From positions 36,860 to 100,859 of the forward strand of contig CACNUI010000004.1 in assembly GCA_902623545.1 (NCBI GenBank): 64,000 nt of DNA. The letters run 5' to 3'. Under the pieces are notes generated by a model. That model saw nothing but the letters and a program-made list of their open reading frames with translations. It was not told the DNA's origin and did not search any database. Numbering within the stretch: the stretch's first letter is position 1; each line of letters starts with the position of its first letter. Made by a program: the position numbers and the translations under genes. This document shows, piece after piece, positions 1-8,741 of this stretch. Source of the DNA: an uncultured Alphaproteobacteria bacterium. Its GTDB lineage: Bacteria; Pseudomonadota; Alphaproteobacteria; HIMB59; GCA-002718135.

Positions 1-933
1 AATAAAGAAAAAAAGATCCGTGGATACTCTTCTTTAGAAAATATGCTTGAAAATGAAAAGTACTTTGATGGTATTAGTAATACTACACCAGATAAATTTC
101 ATAAAGAAACGTCTTTACAAATATTAAATAAAGGCTTCAATATTTTTTGTGAAAAACCACTTGCTGAAAATTACCAAGATGCAAAAGAAATGGTTGATGC
201 GGCTCAAAAATCGAAAAAAATTAATATGGTCAATTTTACATACAGAGAATCTAGTGCTTATCAAAAATTAGTTGAAATATTAAAATCTGGTCAATTAGGC
301 ACGCCAAGACATGTAAGTGCATGTTATTATCAATCATGGCTAGCAAGTGATAAGTGGGGGAAATGGAGAGAGGATGATAAATGGTTATGGAGACTCTCAA
401 CTAAGCATGGCAGTAATGGAGCCTTAGGAGACACTGGAGTGCATATTTTTGATTTTGCTGTTAATGCAGTTGGAGATATTAAAGAAATATTTGCTGATTT
501 AAAAACATATTACGATAAAGGTGATAAAATTAGAGAATATATTTTAGATGCAAATGATGGATTTAATTCATTGGTAAAATTTGAAAATGGTGCAATAGGA
601 ACAATAACGAATACTAGATATGCTACAGGTCATGCAAACTCGGTAATTCTAGAAGTATTTTGTACTCAAGGAGGTTTAAAAGTGGAGCTGGATGAAGAAA
701 GAACAAAATGGTCAACTCTTCATATTTGTCAAAATGAGAACATTAATAAAATGGCCTGGGATATAATAAATTGCCCTAAAACACCAAGTAATTATCAAAA
801 GTTTATAGAATCTATAAAAACGAATAAAAATTTACAACCAGATTTTAGCCAAGGAGCAAAAATTCAAAAAATTATAGATTCCTGTATAAAAAGTAATGAC
901 AATAAATCTTGGATTGATATAAATATTATGTGA
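1..933 (+). CDS. Gfo/Idh/MocA-family NAD(P)-dependent oxidoreductase, 5'-truncated by the window edge
   Basis: Frame 1 is open from base 1 (NKEKKIRGYSSLENM...), so the ATG at 43 is probably internal. It has the CEKPLA motif and the C-terminal dimerisation-type domain typical of the family. Confidence 0.75.
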   Translation, partial: NKEKKIRGYSSLENMLENEKYFDGISNTTPDKFHKETSLQILNKGFNIFCEKPLAENYQDAKEMVDAAQKSKKINMVNFTYRESSAYQKLVEILKSGQLGTPRHVSACYYQSWLASDKWGKWREDDKWLWRLSTKHGSNGALGDTGVHIFDFAVNAVGDIKEIFADLKTYYDKGDKIREYILDANDGFNSLVKFENGAIGTITNTRYATGHANSVILEVFCTQGGLKVELDEERTKWSTLHICQNENINKMAWDIINCPKTPSNYQKFIESIKTNKNLQPDFSQGAKIQKIIDSCIKSNDNKSWIDINIM

Positions 934-980
934 ATTGATCGTCAATTCAACACTTGTAAGATCGCTCAAAGGAGGATGAA

Positions 981-2060
981 GTGGCAGACATAAATATAAA
1001 TACAGTAAATAAATATTTTGGAGACGTTCACGTTATTAAAGACGTTTCTTTAGATATTAAAAGTCAATCGTTTACAGTTTTGGTTGGTCCTAGTGGTTGT
1101 GGTAAATCAACTATGTTAAGAATGATTGCTGGCCTAGAGGATATTAACTCGGGGACAATTTCAATTGATGGTCAAGTAGTTAATGACTTGCCACCAAAAC
1201 AAAGAAATATCGCGATGGTATTTCAATCATATGCTCTTTACCCACATATGACAGTTTTTGATAATATGGCATTTGGATTGAAATTAGAAAAAAGATCGAA
1301 AGATGAAATTAATGAAAGGGTAAATGAAGCAGCTCGAATTTTACAAATTGAAGATTACCTTAAAAGAAAACCAAAGCAACTATCAGGTGGTCAGAGACAA
1401 AGAGTTGCAATAGGTAGAGCAATAACACGTAAACCGAAAGTTTTTCTTTTTGATGAACCATTATCTAATTTAGATGCTGCTCTAAGAGTGCAAATGAGAG
1501 TTGAGCTTGCAAAACTTCACAATGAACTAGAAGCAACGATGATTTATGTTACACATGATCAAACAGAAGCAATGACTCTTGCTGATGACATTGTTGTTCT
1601 TGATACTGGTATTGTTTCTCAAAAAGGTTCTCCGCTAGATCTTTATGATAAACCTAATAACATGTTTGTTGGTGGATTTATTGGCTCTCCAAAAATGAAT
1701 TTTATATCAACAACAATAACAAGTAAAAGTGCAGATGCAACTGAAGTAGATTTAATGGGTATGTCAAAAATATCTGTGCCTCGAATGTCTGCATCGAGTT
1801 CAGAAGGTGATTCTGTAACTCTTGGAATAAGACCGGAGCATCTTCTCGTCAATGAGGATTCTGATGGAAGTTGGGAAAGTAAAGTTTTTGTTGTGGAAAA
1901 ATTAGGCTCTGGAACATTTCTTTATTTAGAAAAAGATGGTGAACCTCTAGTTGCTGAAACAGAAGGTCACTCTAATATCAAAGTTGGTGATACTGTCAAA
2001 GTTGGATTTCCTTCAAATAGATGTCATCTTTTTGATAACTCTAATCAAGCATTTAAATAG
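981..2060 (+). CDS. ABC transporter ATP-binding protein, MalK/UgpC/MsiK sugar-import type
   Basis: GTG start lies 5 nt after GGAGG (971-975). Walker A GPSGCGKST, signature LSGGQRQR, Walker B FLFDEPLS and a C-terminal MalK-like regulatory domain are present. No permease or binding-protein gene is adjacent. Confidence 0.9.
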   Translation: MADININTVNKYFGDVHVIKDVSLDIKSQSFTVLVGPSGCGKSTMLRMIAGLEDINSGTISIDGQVVNDLPPKQRNIAMVFQSYALYPHMTVFDNMAFGLKLEKRSKDEINERVNEAARILQIEDYLKRKPKQLSGGQRQRVAIGRAITRKPKVFLFDEPLSNLDAALRVQMRVELAKLHNELEATMIYVTHDQTEAMTLADDIVVLDTGIVSQKGSPLDLYDKPNNMFVGGFIGSPKMNFISTTITSKSADATEVDLMGMSKISVPRMSASSSEGDSVTLGIRPEHLLVNEDSDGSWESKVFVVEKLGSGTFLYLEKDGEPLVAETEGHSNIKVGDTVKVGFPSNRCHLFDNSNQAFK

Positions 2061-2074
2061 GAATCGTATTAAAT

Positions 2075-2098
2075 TTTGCCCCTTAATTAAGGGGCAAA
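2075..2098. terminator. GC-rich hairpin between convergent genes (likely bidirectional terminator)
   Basis: TTTGCCCC-ttaattaa-GGGGCAAA forms a perfect 8-bp stem 15 nt after the ATPase stop. There is no strong U-tract on the plus strand. Confidence 0.5.
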
Positions 2099-2153
2099 GC
2101 TTCATTAATTGAAATAATTATTACAAATATTTTAATTCTATTAGAATAGAATT

Positions 2154-2218
2154 GGGCAGAGGGTTTTCATATTATTTCCTCCTATAAGAAGTATTCCTCT
2201 TATAAAACTTTTCTGCCC
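2154..2218. other. About 65-nt imperfect nested hairpin (possible small structured RNA or complex terminator)
   Basis: Outer stem is GGGCAGA (2154-2160) / TCTGCCC (2212-2218). Inner stem is TATAAGA (2183-2189) / TCTTATA (2198-2204). A GGGTTTT/AAAAC extension lies between them. Confidence 0.3.
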
Positions 2219-2253
2219 ACGAAATTTGAAAAGTTATTTAAGAGGGATACCAA

Positions 2254-3408
2254 TTATAGTTTGTGATCAGCAGTCCAAGAACTTTTATTATTATCAACTG
2301 AAATATATCTATTAAGAGTGAAAAGAACATTTTCAGCTAGTTTTCTATAAGTAGTGAGCTTTCCACCATAAATATTCAACAATGGAGCTTGTGAACCATC
2401 TTCATTTAAATCAAATATATAATCTCTAGTGACTTTTGAAGCTTCTTTAAAATCTTCAATAAGAGGCCTTATACCAGAGTAAGAGCTCAACACACTATCT
2501 TTTGATATTTGTTTAAAAAAATATTTGTTTACTGAATTTATTAGATAATCAATTTCACTATCATCGATTTTAGGATTTTCAGGAGAACAAACCTCAGTTT
2601 CAGTAGTACCAATTAGAGAATACTCATCTTTATAAGGTATAACAAATATTATTCTATTATCTTCATTTTGCAAAGTGAAGGCTCTTTTTTGTTTGTAGAG
2701 ACTTTTAGTTATAATATGGCTTCCCTTTACAAGTCGAATTGATTTTTTTGATTCTAATTTAATTACGTTATTTAAAATATCATTTATCCAAGGTCCAGCA
2801 GCATTTATTAGAATTTTTGTCTTAAGCACTGTATTATCATCTAGTATTATATCCCAAACATTTTGATTTCTTTTTGCCTTTATAACTTTTCTGTTTTCAA
2901 TAATTGTAGCACCTCTTTTCTCTGCATCTTGAATATTTAATTCGACAAGTTTCTTATCATCAATCTGTAAATCATAATATTGAAAACCAGTATTATATTG
3001 ATCTTTTAAAATATTAGGGATTTCTTTTTTAATATTTATTGTTGAAGATTTTGGTATTGTCATTTTTCCACCAAGATTATCATACAAAAATAAACCTAAT
3101 TTAATTAACCATTTTGGTCTTAAGGATTTTTGATAAGGTATAATAAATGGCAATGGTGTTGTTATATCACTGGCAATTCTTTTAATAACTTCTCTTTCCT
3201 TTAAAGAATCACGGACAAGGCGAAATTCATAATTTTCAAGGTACCTTAATCCTCCATGTATTAATTTTGTAGACCAAGAAGAAGTAGCAGAACCAACTGT
3301 ATTCTTTTCAACCAAACAAGCTTTTAAATTTCTTCCTGATGCATCCCTAACAATTCCAGCACCGTTAATACCACCACCGATGATTAAGATATCAAAAGTT
3401 TCATTCAT
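2254..3408 (-). CDS. glpD: FAD-dependent glycerol-3-phosphate dehydrogenase-like oxidoreductase (short form)
   Basis: N-terminal DILIIGGGINGAG FAD fold and the WSTKLIHGGLRYLE motif are characteristic of GlpD. At 384 aa it lacks the C-terminal roughly 100 aa of E. coli-type GlpD. Confidence 0.7.
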   Translation of the reverse strand: MNETFDILIIGGGINGAGIVRDASGRNLKACLVEKNTVGSATSSWSTKLIHGGLRYLENYEFRLVRDSLKEREVIKRIASDITTPLPFIIPYQKSLRPKWLIKLGLFLYDNLGGKMTIPKSSTINIKKEIPNILKDQYNTGFQYYDLQIDDKKLVELNIQDAEKRGATIIENRKVIKAKRNQNVWDIILDDNTVLKTKILINAAGPWINDILNNVIKLESKKSIRLVKGSHIITKSLYKQKRAFTLQNEDNRIIFVIPYKDEYSLIGTTETEVCSPENPKIDDSEIDYLINSVNKYFFKQISKDSVLSSYSGIRPLIEDFKEASKVTRDYIFDLNEDGSQAPLLNIYGGKLTTYRKLAENVLFTLNRYISVDNNKSSWTADHKL

Positions 3409-3415
3409 ACTTAAA

Positions 3416-4006
3416 TTAAATAAACCTATTAATTTCTTGAGTTATTATTTCAGCATTAGTTAAATGTATAGTTAAAAAACCTAATTTTATTGCAGTCTCG
3501 ATGTTTTCTTTTTTGTCATCTATAAATACAGTTTCTTCTGGAATAAGATTAAAACGATTTATTGCTAATTTGTATATTTGAGCATCAGGTTTTACTAATT
3601 TTTCTTTTCCAGAAATTATCAAATCATCAAATTGATTTAAAAATGGATATTTTTTTTCCATACCATGAAATGTTTCCCAAGACCAATTTGATAAAACATA
3701 ACACTCATATTTTTTATTTTTTAAATCAATTAAAATATCTACGGAATTCTGAAAGATTTTTCTAAACATTTTATGATGATTTTTATAATATAATTTTATT
3801 TTATCTTCATAATCTGGAAATTTCTGTATTAAATCATTTTCAGCATCTTTTATTGGCCTTCCTGCATCTTGTTTAATATTCCATTCATCATTACAAATAT
3901 TATTTAGGAAATTATCTCTTTCCTTTTTATCTATAAATACATCTTTATAAAAATAATGCGGATCCCAATCAAAAAAAACACCACCTAAATCAAAAAGAAA
4001 TTTCAT
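3416..4006 (-). CDS. HAD-superfamily hydrolase (subfamily IA variant-3-like phosphatase)
   Basis: N-terminal FDLGGVFF nucleophile-motif variant, a cap region, and VFIDDKKEN motif near the C-terminus. Confidence 0.65.
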   Translation of the reverse strand: MKFLFDLGGVFFDWDPHYFYKDVFIDKKERDNFLNNICNDEWNIKQDAGRPIKDAENDLIQKFPDYEDKIKLYYKNHHKMFRKIFQNSVDILIDLKNKKYECYVLSNWSWETFHGMEKKYPFLNQFDDLIISGKEKLVKPDAQIYKLAINRFNLIPEETVFIDDKKENIETAIKLGFLTIHLTNAEIITQEINRFI

Positions 4007-4038
4007 GTATAAATATTTTGTTTATAAATAAATTTTAA

Positions 4039-4899
4039 ATGAGCACATTAATAGACTATATTCAAAAAGAAATACATACTACATATAATAAAAAATTTTC
4101 TAAAAAATACATAGAAGATAAATTGCTTCCTATCATAAACTATATTTGCTTTAGCAAATCAAAAAAATTCCTGTTTGGAGGTTCTCAGGGTATAGGAAAA
4201 TCATCTTTTATTAATATTATCTCTAAAACTATTGAAAAATTTTATGATAAAAAAATACTTTTTCTTAGTTTAGATAATTATTATTTATCAAAAAAACAGC
4301 GGCTGGTATTGTCTAAAGAAAAACATAACTTGTTAATGACTAGAGGCGTTCCAGGGACACATAATATTGAAAAATTATTAAAAAATATAAAAAAATTTGA
4401 TCAAGGAAAGTACCCAATTACAATTCCCCTATTTGATAAGTTAATTGATGATCAATCTAAATCAAAAAAGATAATTAAAACTAAATGTGATATTCTTTTC
4501 TTAGAAGGTTGGTGTTGTGGTAGTAAAGAAATTCCTAAAAAAATCCTTTATAAAAATATAAATAATTTAGAAAAAATAGATGATCCAAAAAATCAATGGA
4601 GGAATTTCTATAATCATAAATTAAAGACTGAATATAAAAAGTTATTTAAACTATTTGATGAACTTATTTTTTTGAAAACATCTTCTTTTGATAATGTTTA
4701 TAAATGGCGACTAAAACAAGAAAAAACTAATAAATCAAAAAATAGAAAATCAAAAAAAATGTCTGCTAATGAAATAAAAGTTTTTGTTCAACATTATGAG
4801 AAGATAACTAAATGGATGATGAAGGATCTAAATAAAAAAGCTGAAATTGTTATTAAATTTGAAAAAAATCATAAAATTTCATCAATAAAGTTTAATTAG
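4039..4899 (+). CDS. P-loop kinase, D-glycerate 3-kinase-like (COG4240/GLYK type)
   Basis: P-loop GGSQGIGKSSF, LSLDNYYLSKKQR and RGVPGTHNI blocks resemble plant/cyanobacterial glycerate 3-kinase motifs (from memory). Confidence 0.55.
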   Translation: MSTLIDYIQKEIHTTYNKKFSKKYIEDKLLPIINYICFSKSKKFLFGGSQGIGKSSFINIISKTIEKFYDKKILFLSLDNYYLSKKQRLVLSKEKHNLLMTRGVPGTHNIEKLLKNIKKFDQGKYPITIPLFDKLIDDQSKSKKIIKTKCDILFLEGWCCGSKEIPKKILYKNINNLEKIDDPKNQWRNFYNHKLKTEYKKLFKLFDELIFLKTSSFDNVYKWRLKQEKTNKSKNRKSKKMSANEIKVFVQHYEKITKWMMKDLNKKAEIVIKFEKNHKISSIKFN

Positions 4900-5354
4900 A
4901 AGAAAATCCATCTTTTGACAGAAGTGCAATATCTTTCAAATTCATCTCCAAATTTATTTTTCAAATACTTTTCTTCTTCATATATTACATAATTATTTAA
5001 CCAAAAAAATAATCCTATAGAGCAAAGAAAATACATGGTGTTTTCAAAAGTGAGAAACATTCCAAGGTGAAATAAAACAAAACATAGATAAATTGGATTT
5101 CTAGAATAAGCATAAATTCCAGATTTTATAATTTTGTTTGTTTCAGTTTGTGGAAGTAATTTCTCTTTGTAGACATCAAATGTATTTATTGAAGAAAAAA
5201 AAATAAAAGGAATTAGAATAATAATTAATATGCCTAAAAGATTAAGAATATACACAAGTGGATATTTAGGAAAAATAAATTCACCTAAAATAAAAGAGGC
5301 TATTAAAAGATATACTGAAATATAAAGTGGATTTCCTTTTACATCTGGTCCCAT
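4896..5354 (-). CDS. Membrane methyltransferase, isoprenylcysteine carboxyl / phospholipid methyltransferase family
   Basis: About four hydrophobic helices and an SGIYAYSRNPIYL motif (RNP-x-Y signature of ICMT/PEMT-like enzymes). Confidence 0.6.
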   Translation of the reverse strand: MGPDVKGNPLYISVYLLIASFILGEFIFPKYPLVYILNLLGILIIILIPFIFFSSINTFDVYKEKLLPQTETNKIIKSGIYAYSRNPIYLCFVLFHLGMFLTFENTMYFLCSIGLFFWLNNYVIYEEEKYLKNKFGDEFERYCTSVKRWIFF

Positions 5355-6014
5355 TTAAAGCTCCTCTATTGCCCTACTTAAACTTTCATAATCACTAAAT
5401 ACATTCAAAGCACCATTGTCAAATAATTCATTTTTATCTCTATTTGTATGCCAATGTTTTCCTGCTGTTAGCCCAAATACTCTTGCTCCTGCTGAAACTC
5501 CTGCTTTAACTCCTACGCCACTATCTTCAATAATAATTGTTTCTTCTATATTGAGTGAATTATCATTTAAAACCTTTAAGTATATATCTGGATCAGGCTT
5601 TGGCTTTTCAACCATATCAAATGAATATACCCTATCACTTAAAAAAATTTTATCTAAACCAACAAACTTTAATCCATCCAAAATTCTATCTTTATTACTA
5701 TTTGATCCAATGAAATGATTTCTAGCTGATTTGTTAATGAAATTATTTACTCCATCAACTAGTTTTAAATCCTTAGAATAGACTTCAGAAACAATATTAA
5801 ATATATCATTTGCAAATTTTTCTTTATCTTCAATATTATATTTAGTTGACAATAAATTTATTACATCAACTGTTTTGTTTCCAGCATATTTATAAAATTG
5901 CTCCTCTTTAATTGTATAGTCAAATTTACTAAAATATTTAGCAAATGCTTTAGAAGCTAAAACTTCACTATCAACAATTACTCCATCAAAATCAAATATT
6001 AAATTTTTAATCAT
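5355..6014 (-). CDS. HAD-superfamily phosphatase, beta-phosphoglucomutase-like
   Basis: Motif I FDFDGVIVDSE, GSNSN motif II and EDSGVGVKAG motif IV. Confidence 0.75.
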   Translation of the reverse strand: MIKNLIFDFDGVIVDSEVLASKAFAKYFSKFDYTIKEEQFYKYAGNKTVDVINLLSTKYNIEDKEKFANDIFNIVSEVYSKDLKLVDGVNNFINKSARNHFIGSNSNKDRILDGLKFVGLDKIFLSDRVYSFDMVEKPKPDPDIYLKVLNDNSLNIEETIIIEDSGVGVKAGVSAGARVFGLTAGKHWHTNRDKNELFDNGALNVFSDYESLSRAIEEL

Positions 6015-6018
6015 TATT

Positions 6019-7119
6019 TTATAATTCTGTCATTTTATATTCAGATTTATCTAACCACTCAGGATTAATCTCAATACCCCAACCAGGATTATCTTCAATT
6101 TTAACCATTCCATTATATATTTTAAAAGGATCTCCTAAAAATAAATTCTGTTGCCAAGGATAATAATCTTTACCCTCTATTGAAAATTCAAGATAAGGGC
6201 CTGCATTACTTATTGCTTTTAAAAAATGCATTGTGCAAATTGTTACTAAAGATAAATTAGCAGTATGTGGAGTACATTTAAAACCACCCTTTTCAATAAT
6301 TTTAGCAACTTTTAAAGCTTTGGTTAATCCTCCAAGATACATAACGTCTGGCTGAAAAATATTTACAATTTTTCTATTAACCATATCTCTCCAAATTCTT
6401 AAATCACAATCTTGTTCACCACCAGTAACATCTATCTTCAAGCTATCTGTAACTTTTTTGGTTTCTTCTGGTTTCCAGTATGGACAAGGCTCTTCAAAAT
6501 GAGTAACATTATTATCTTCTAAAAATTTACCAATTTCAATTGCTTGATCAGAATTATAACAACTATTTGCATCGACCATTTTAATTACACTTTTATCTAA
6601 AGATGAATTTATCGTTTTTACTATATCAGATGTTCTTCCTTCCCATTCGTCAATTCCTCTTCCACATTCAGAACCAACTCTAAATTTAAATGCATTGATG
6701 CCCTTTTCATTAAAGAGTTTGTTAAATCTATCTGCCTCATCATCTGGTGTAATATCTCTTTTCATTGAAGATCCATAAACTCTCAAATTCCCAGGAGATC
6801 CTCCAATTAGTGAAACTACAGGTTTGCTCTCAATTTTACCTTTCAAATCCCAAAGGGCAGTATCAAGACCTGCTAATGCTCTTAAAAGATAAGAGCCAGG
6901 GAATTTATGTTCTCTTTCAAAAACAAAATCTGCCAAATCATCAAAATCGTAGTAAGTTTTACCCAATATCCATGGTGCAACTTGTTTATGAAAAATTTGA
7001 TTTGTTATATCGGCATGGTATGTTGACATTTGACCAAGCCCAGTTGAGCCATCTTCAATAGTCACTTTAACAAAGCTAACATAAGATTTTGTAAAAGTTT
7101 CAAGTTTAGTTATTTTCAT
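6019..7119 (-). CDS. Enolase-superfamily enzyme (mandelate racemase / acid-sugar dehydratase family)
   Basis: Metal-ligand pattern VDAN ... HFEEP ... TGGEQ with an N-terminal capping domain. Substrate is unknown. Confidence 0.75.
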   Translation of the reverse strand: MKITKLETFTKSYVSFVKVTIEDGSTGLGQMSTYHADITNQIFHKQVAPWILGKTYYDFDDLADFVFEREHKFPGSYLLRALAGLDTALWDLKGKIESKPVVSLIGGSPGNLRVYGSSMKRDITPDDEADRFNKLFNEKGINAFKFRVGSECGRGIDEWEGRTSDIVKTINSSLDKSVIKMVDANSCYNSDQAIEIGKFLEDNNVTHFEEPCPYWKPEETKKVTDSLKIDVTGGEQDCDLRIWRDMVNRKIVNIFQPDVMYLGGLTKALKVAKIIEKGGFKCTPHTANLSLVTICTMHFLKAISNAGPYLEFSIEGKDYYPWQQNLFLGDPFKIYNGMVKIEDNPGWGIEINPEWLDKSEYKMTEL

Positions 7120-7120
7120 A

Positions 7121-8737
7121 TTATGCTTGTTTTTTTAAATCTTCTAAAATGATTTTGCTACCTATATTAGCAAGCATCATAACAGGGGCATTAATATTGC
7201 CAGAAGTTATATTTGGAAAAACTGAAGCATCTAAAACCCATAAGTTTTTTAGTCCATGTACTTTAAATCGCTCAGAAACAACTCCTCCGGATTTATTTTT
7301 ATCCATTCTGCAAGTTCCACATGGATGATATACAGATACAGCATTTTCTTTAAAATGTTCAAACATTTCCTCTTCACTTCCATCTATTAAATTATTATTA
7401 ATATTTTCAACTCTTATATCTTTAATTGAACTAGTTTTTGCCAATGTTTTTGAAAAATTAATGGCACATTTTACATCATAAATATCCTCGTCATTACTTA
7501 AAAAGTTTGGATTAATAACAGGTTTATCTTCTACATAAGGACTTGAGAGATTTACTTCACCTAAACTTTTAGGGCGGCATGAATTATATCCTATTATAAA
7601 GCCATCAAATTTGTCTGTTTTTAAAAGTGGTCTTTTGTTTTTATGAGTAATAGAATAGGTTATTGGATTAAAGTAAATTTGTAAATTAGGATATTTATTA
7701 AGAGAATTCCAATTTATGTATCCACCTGATTGATTTAAGCTTAATCCAAATGATCCATTTCTATATAATGCATATTTATATATTTCCTTAATTCTTCCTA
7801 ACCATGTTCCTAAAGAACTATTTAAAGTTGGATGATAAGTTTTAAATAAGTAATCAATACCTAAGTGATCTTGAAAATTTTTACCAACATTTACATTATC
7901 TATAATAATATCCTTATTCATTTTTTTAAGATCTTTTGCATTACCTATGCCAGAGTGCATCAAGATAAATGGTGTCATTATTGCACCAGCACATAATATT
8001 GTTCCTAAATTAGGTTTAATTTTAATTTTCTTCTTTTTATTGATAACTTCTATTGCTTCAATTTTATTATCCTTAATTATTAGTTTATTTACATATGTAT
8101 TTGTCATTATTTTTAATCTTTGATTTTTTAAAATTGGATTTAAAAAAGCTTTAGCAGATGAATATCTTCTACCTTTAAAAGTAGTGATATTATAATGTCC
8201 TACTTGATCATTTAATTCAGTATTTATAGTTTTATTAAATTGAATACCCATTTCATTACAGCCTCTAAAAAAATATTTTAGAATTGAATGGTGTTGATCA
8301 CTGACATCATTAACAGGTATTTTGTTTTGATTTAAAGATGTGTTACTTAAATCAACTGGTTGCTCAATTTCTTTAAAACTATTTATTATGTTATCTAGTG
8401 ATAAATCAGAGCTCATATGCCAATTTTCATAATCTGATTTAAGACCTCGCGCATAGACCATTCCATTAATAGAACTAGAACCTCCTAAAACCTTACCTCT
8501 GGGATAATAAATTTCTCGATTGTTAAGTTTATTTTGCTTTTCAGAATAAAAATTCCAATTAATTTTGTTATTATAAAATGTCATTCCATACCCCAAAGGA
8601 ACATGAATAACAGGACTGTTATCTTTTGGTCCTGCTTCAATAAGAAGTATATTATAACTTGTTAAATTTATTAATTTATTAGCTAAAATGCATCCTGATG
8701 ATCCCGCACCAACAATTATTAAATCAATATTATTCAA
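7121..8737 (-). CDS. GMC-family FAD oxidoreductase (choline/sugar dehydrogenase-like)
   Basis: DLIIVGAGSSGCILANKL dinucleotide fold, GGSSSINGMVYARG GMC signature, and a C-terminal HPCGTCRM active-site region. Confidence 0.85.
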   Translation of the reverse strand: MNNIDLIIVGAGSSGCILANKLINLTSYNILLIEAGPKDNSPVIHVPLGYGMTFYNNKINWNFYSEKQNKLNNREIYYPRGKVLGGSSSINGMVYARGLKSDYENWHMSSDLSLDNIINSFKEIEQPVDLSNTSLNQNKIPVNDVSDQHHSILKYFFRGCNEMGIQFNKTINTELNDQVGHYNITTFKGRRYSSAKAFLNPILKNQRLKIMTNTYVNKLIIKDNKIEAIEVINKKKKIKIKPNLGTILCAGAIMTPFILMHSGIGNAKDLKKMNKDIIIDNVNVGKNFQDHLGIDYLFKTYHPTLNSSLGTWLGRIKEIYKYALYRNGSFGLSLNQSGGYINWNSLNKYPNLQIYFNPITYSITHKNKRPLLKTDKFDGFIIGYNSCRPKSLGEVNLSSPYVEDKPVINPNFLSNDEDIYDVKCAINFSKTLAKTSSIKDIRVENINNNLIDGSEEEMFEHFKENAVSVYHPCGTCRMDKNKSGGVVSERFKVHGLKNLWVLDASVFPNITSGNINAPVMMLANIGSKIILEDLKKQA

Positions 8738-8741
8738 ATTA

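Noticed and set aside
2141-2170. A 9-codon minus-strand ORF (MKTLCPILF) with a perfect AGGAGG-N7-ATG context.
   Set aside because: It is too short to call as a gene and no downstream gene exists for it to regulate, since the next gene is convergent. I kept it only as part of the structured-element observation.
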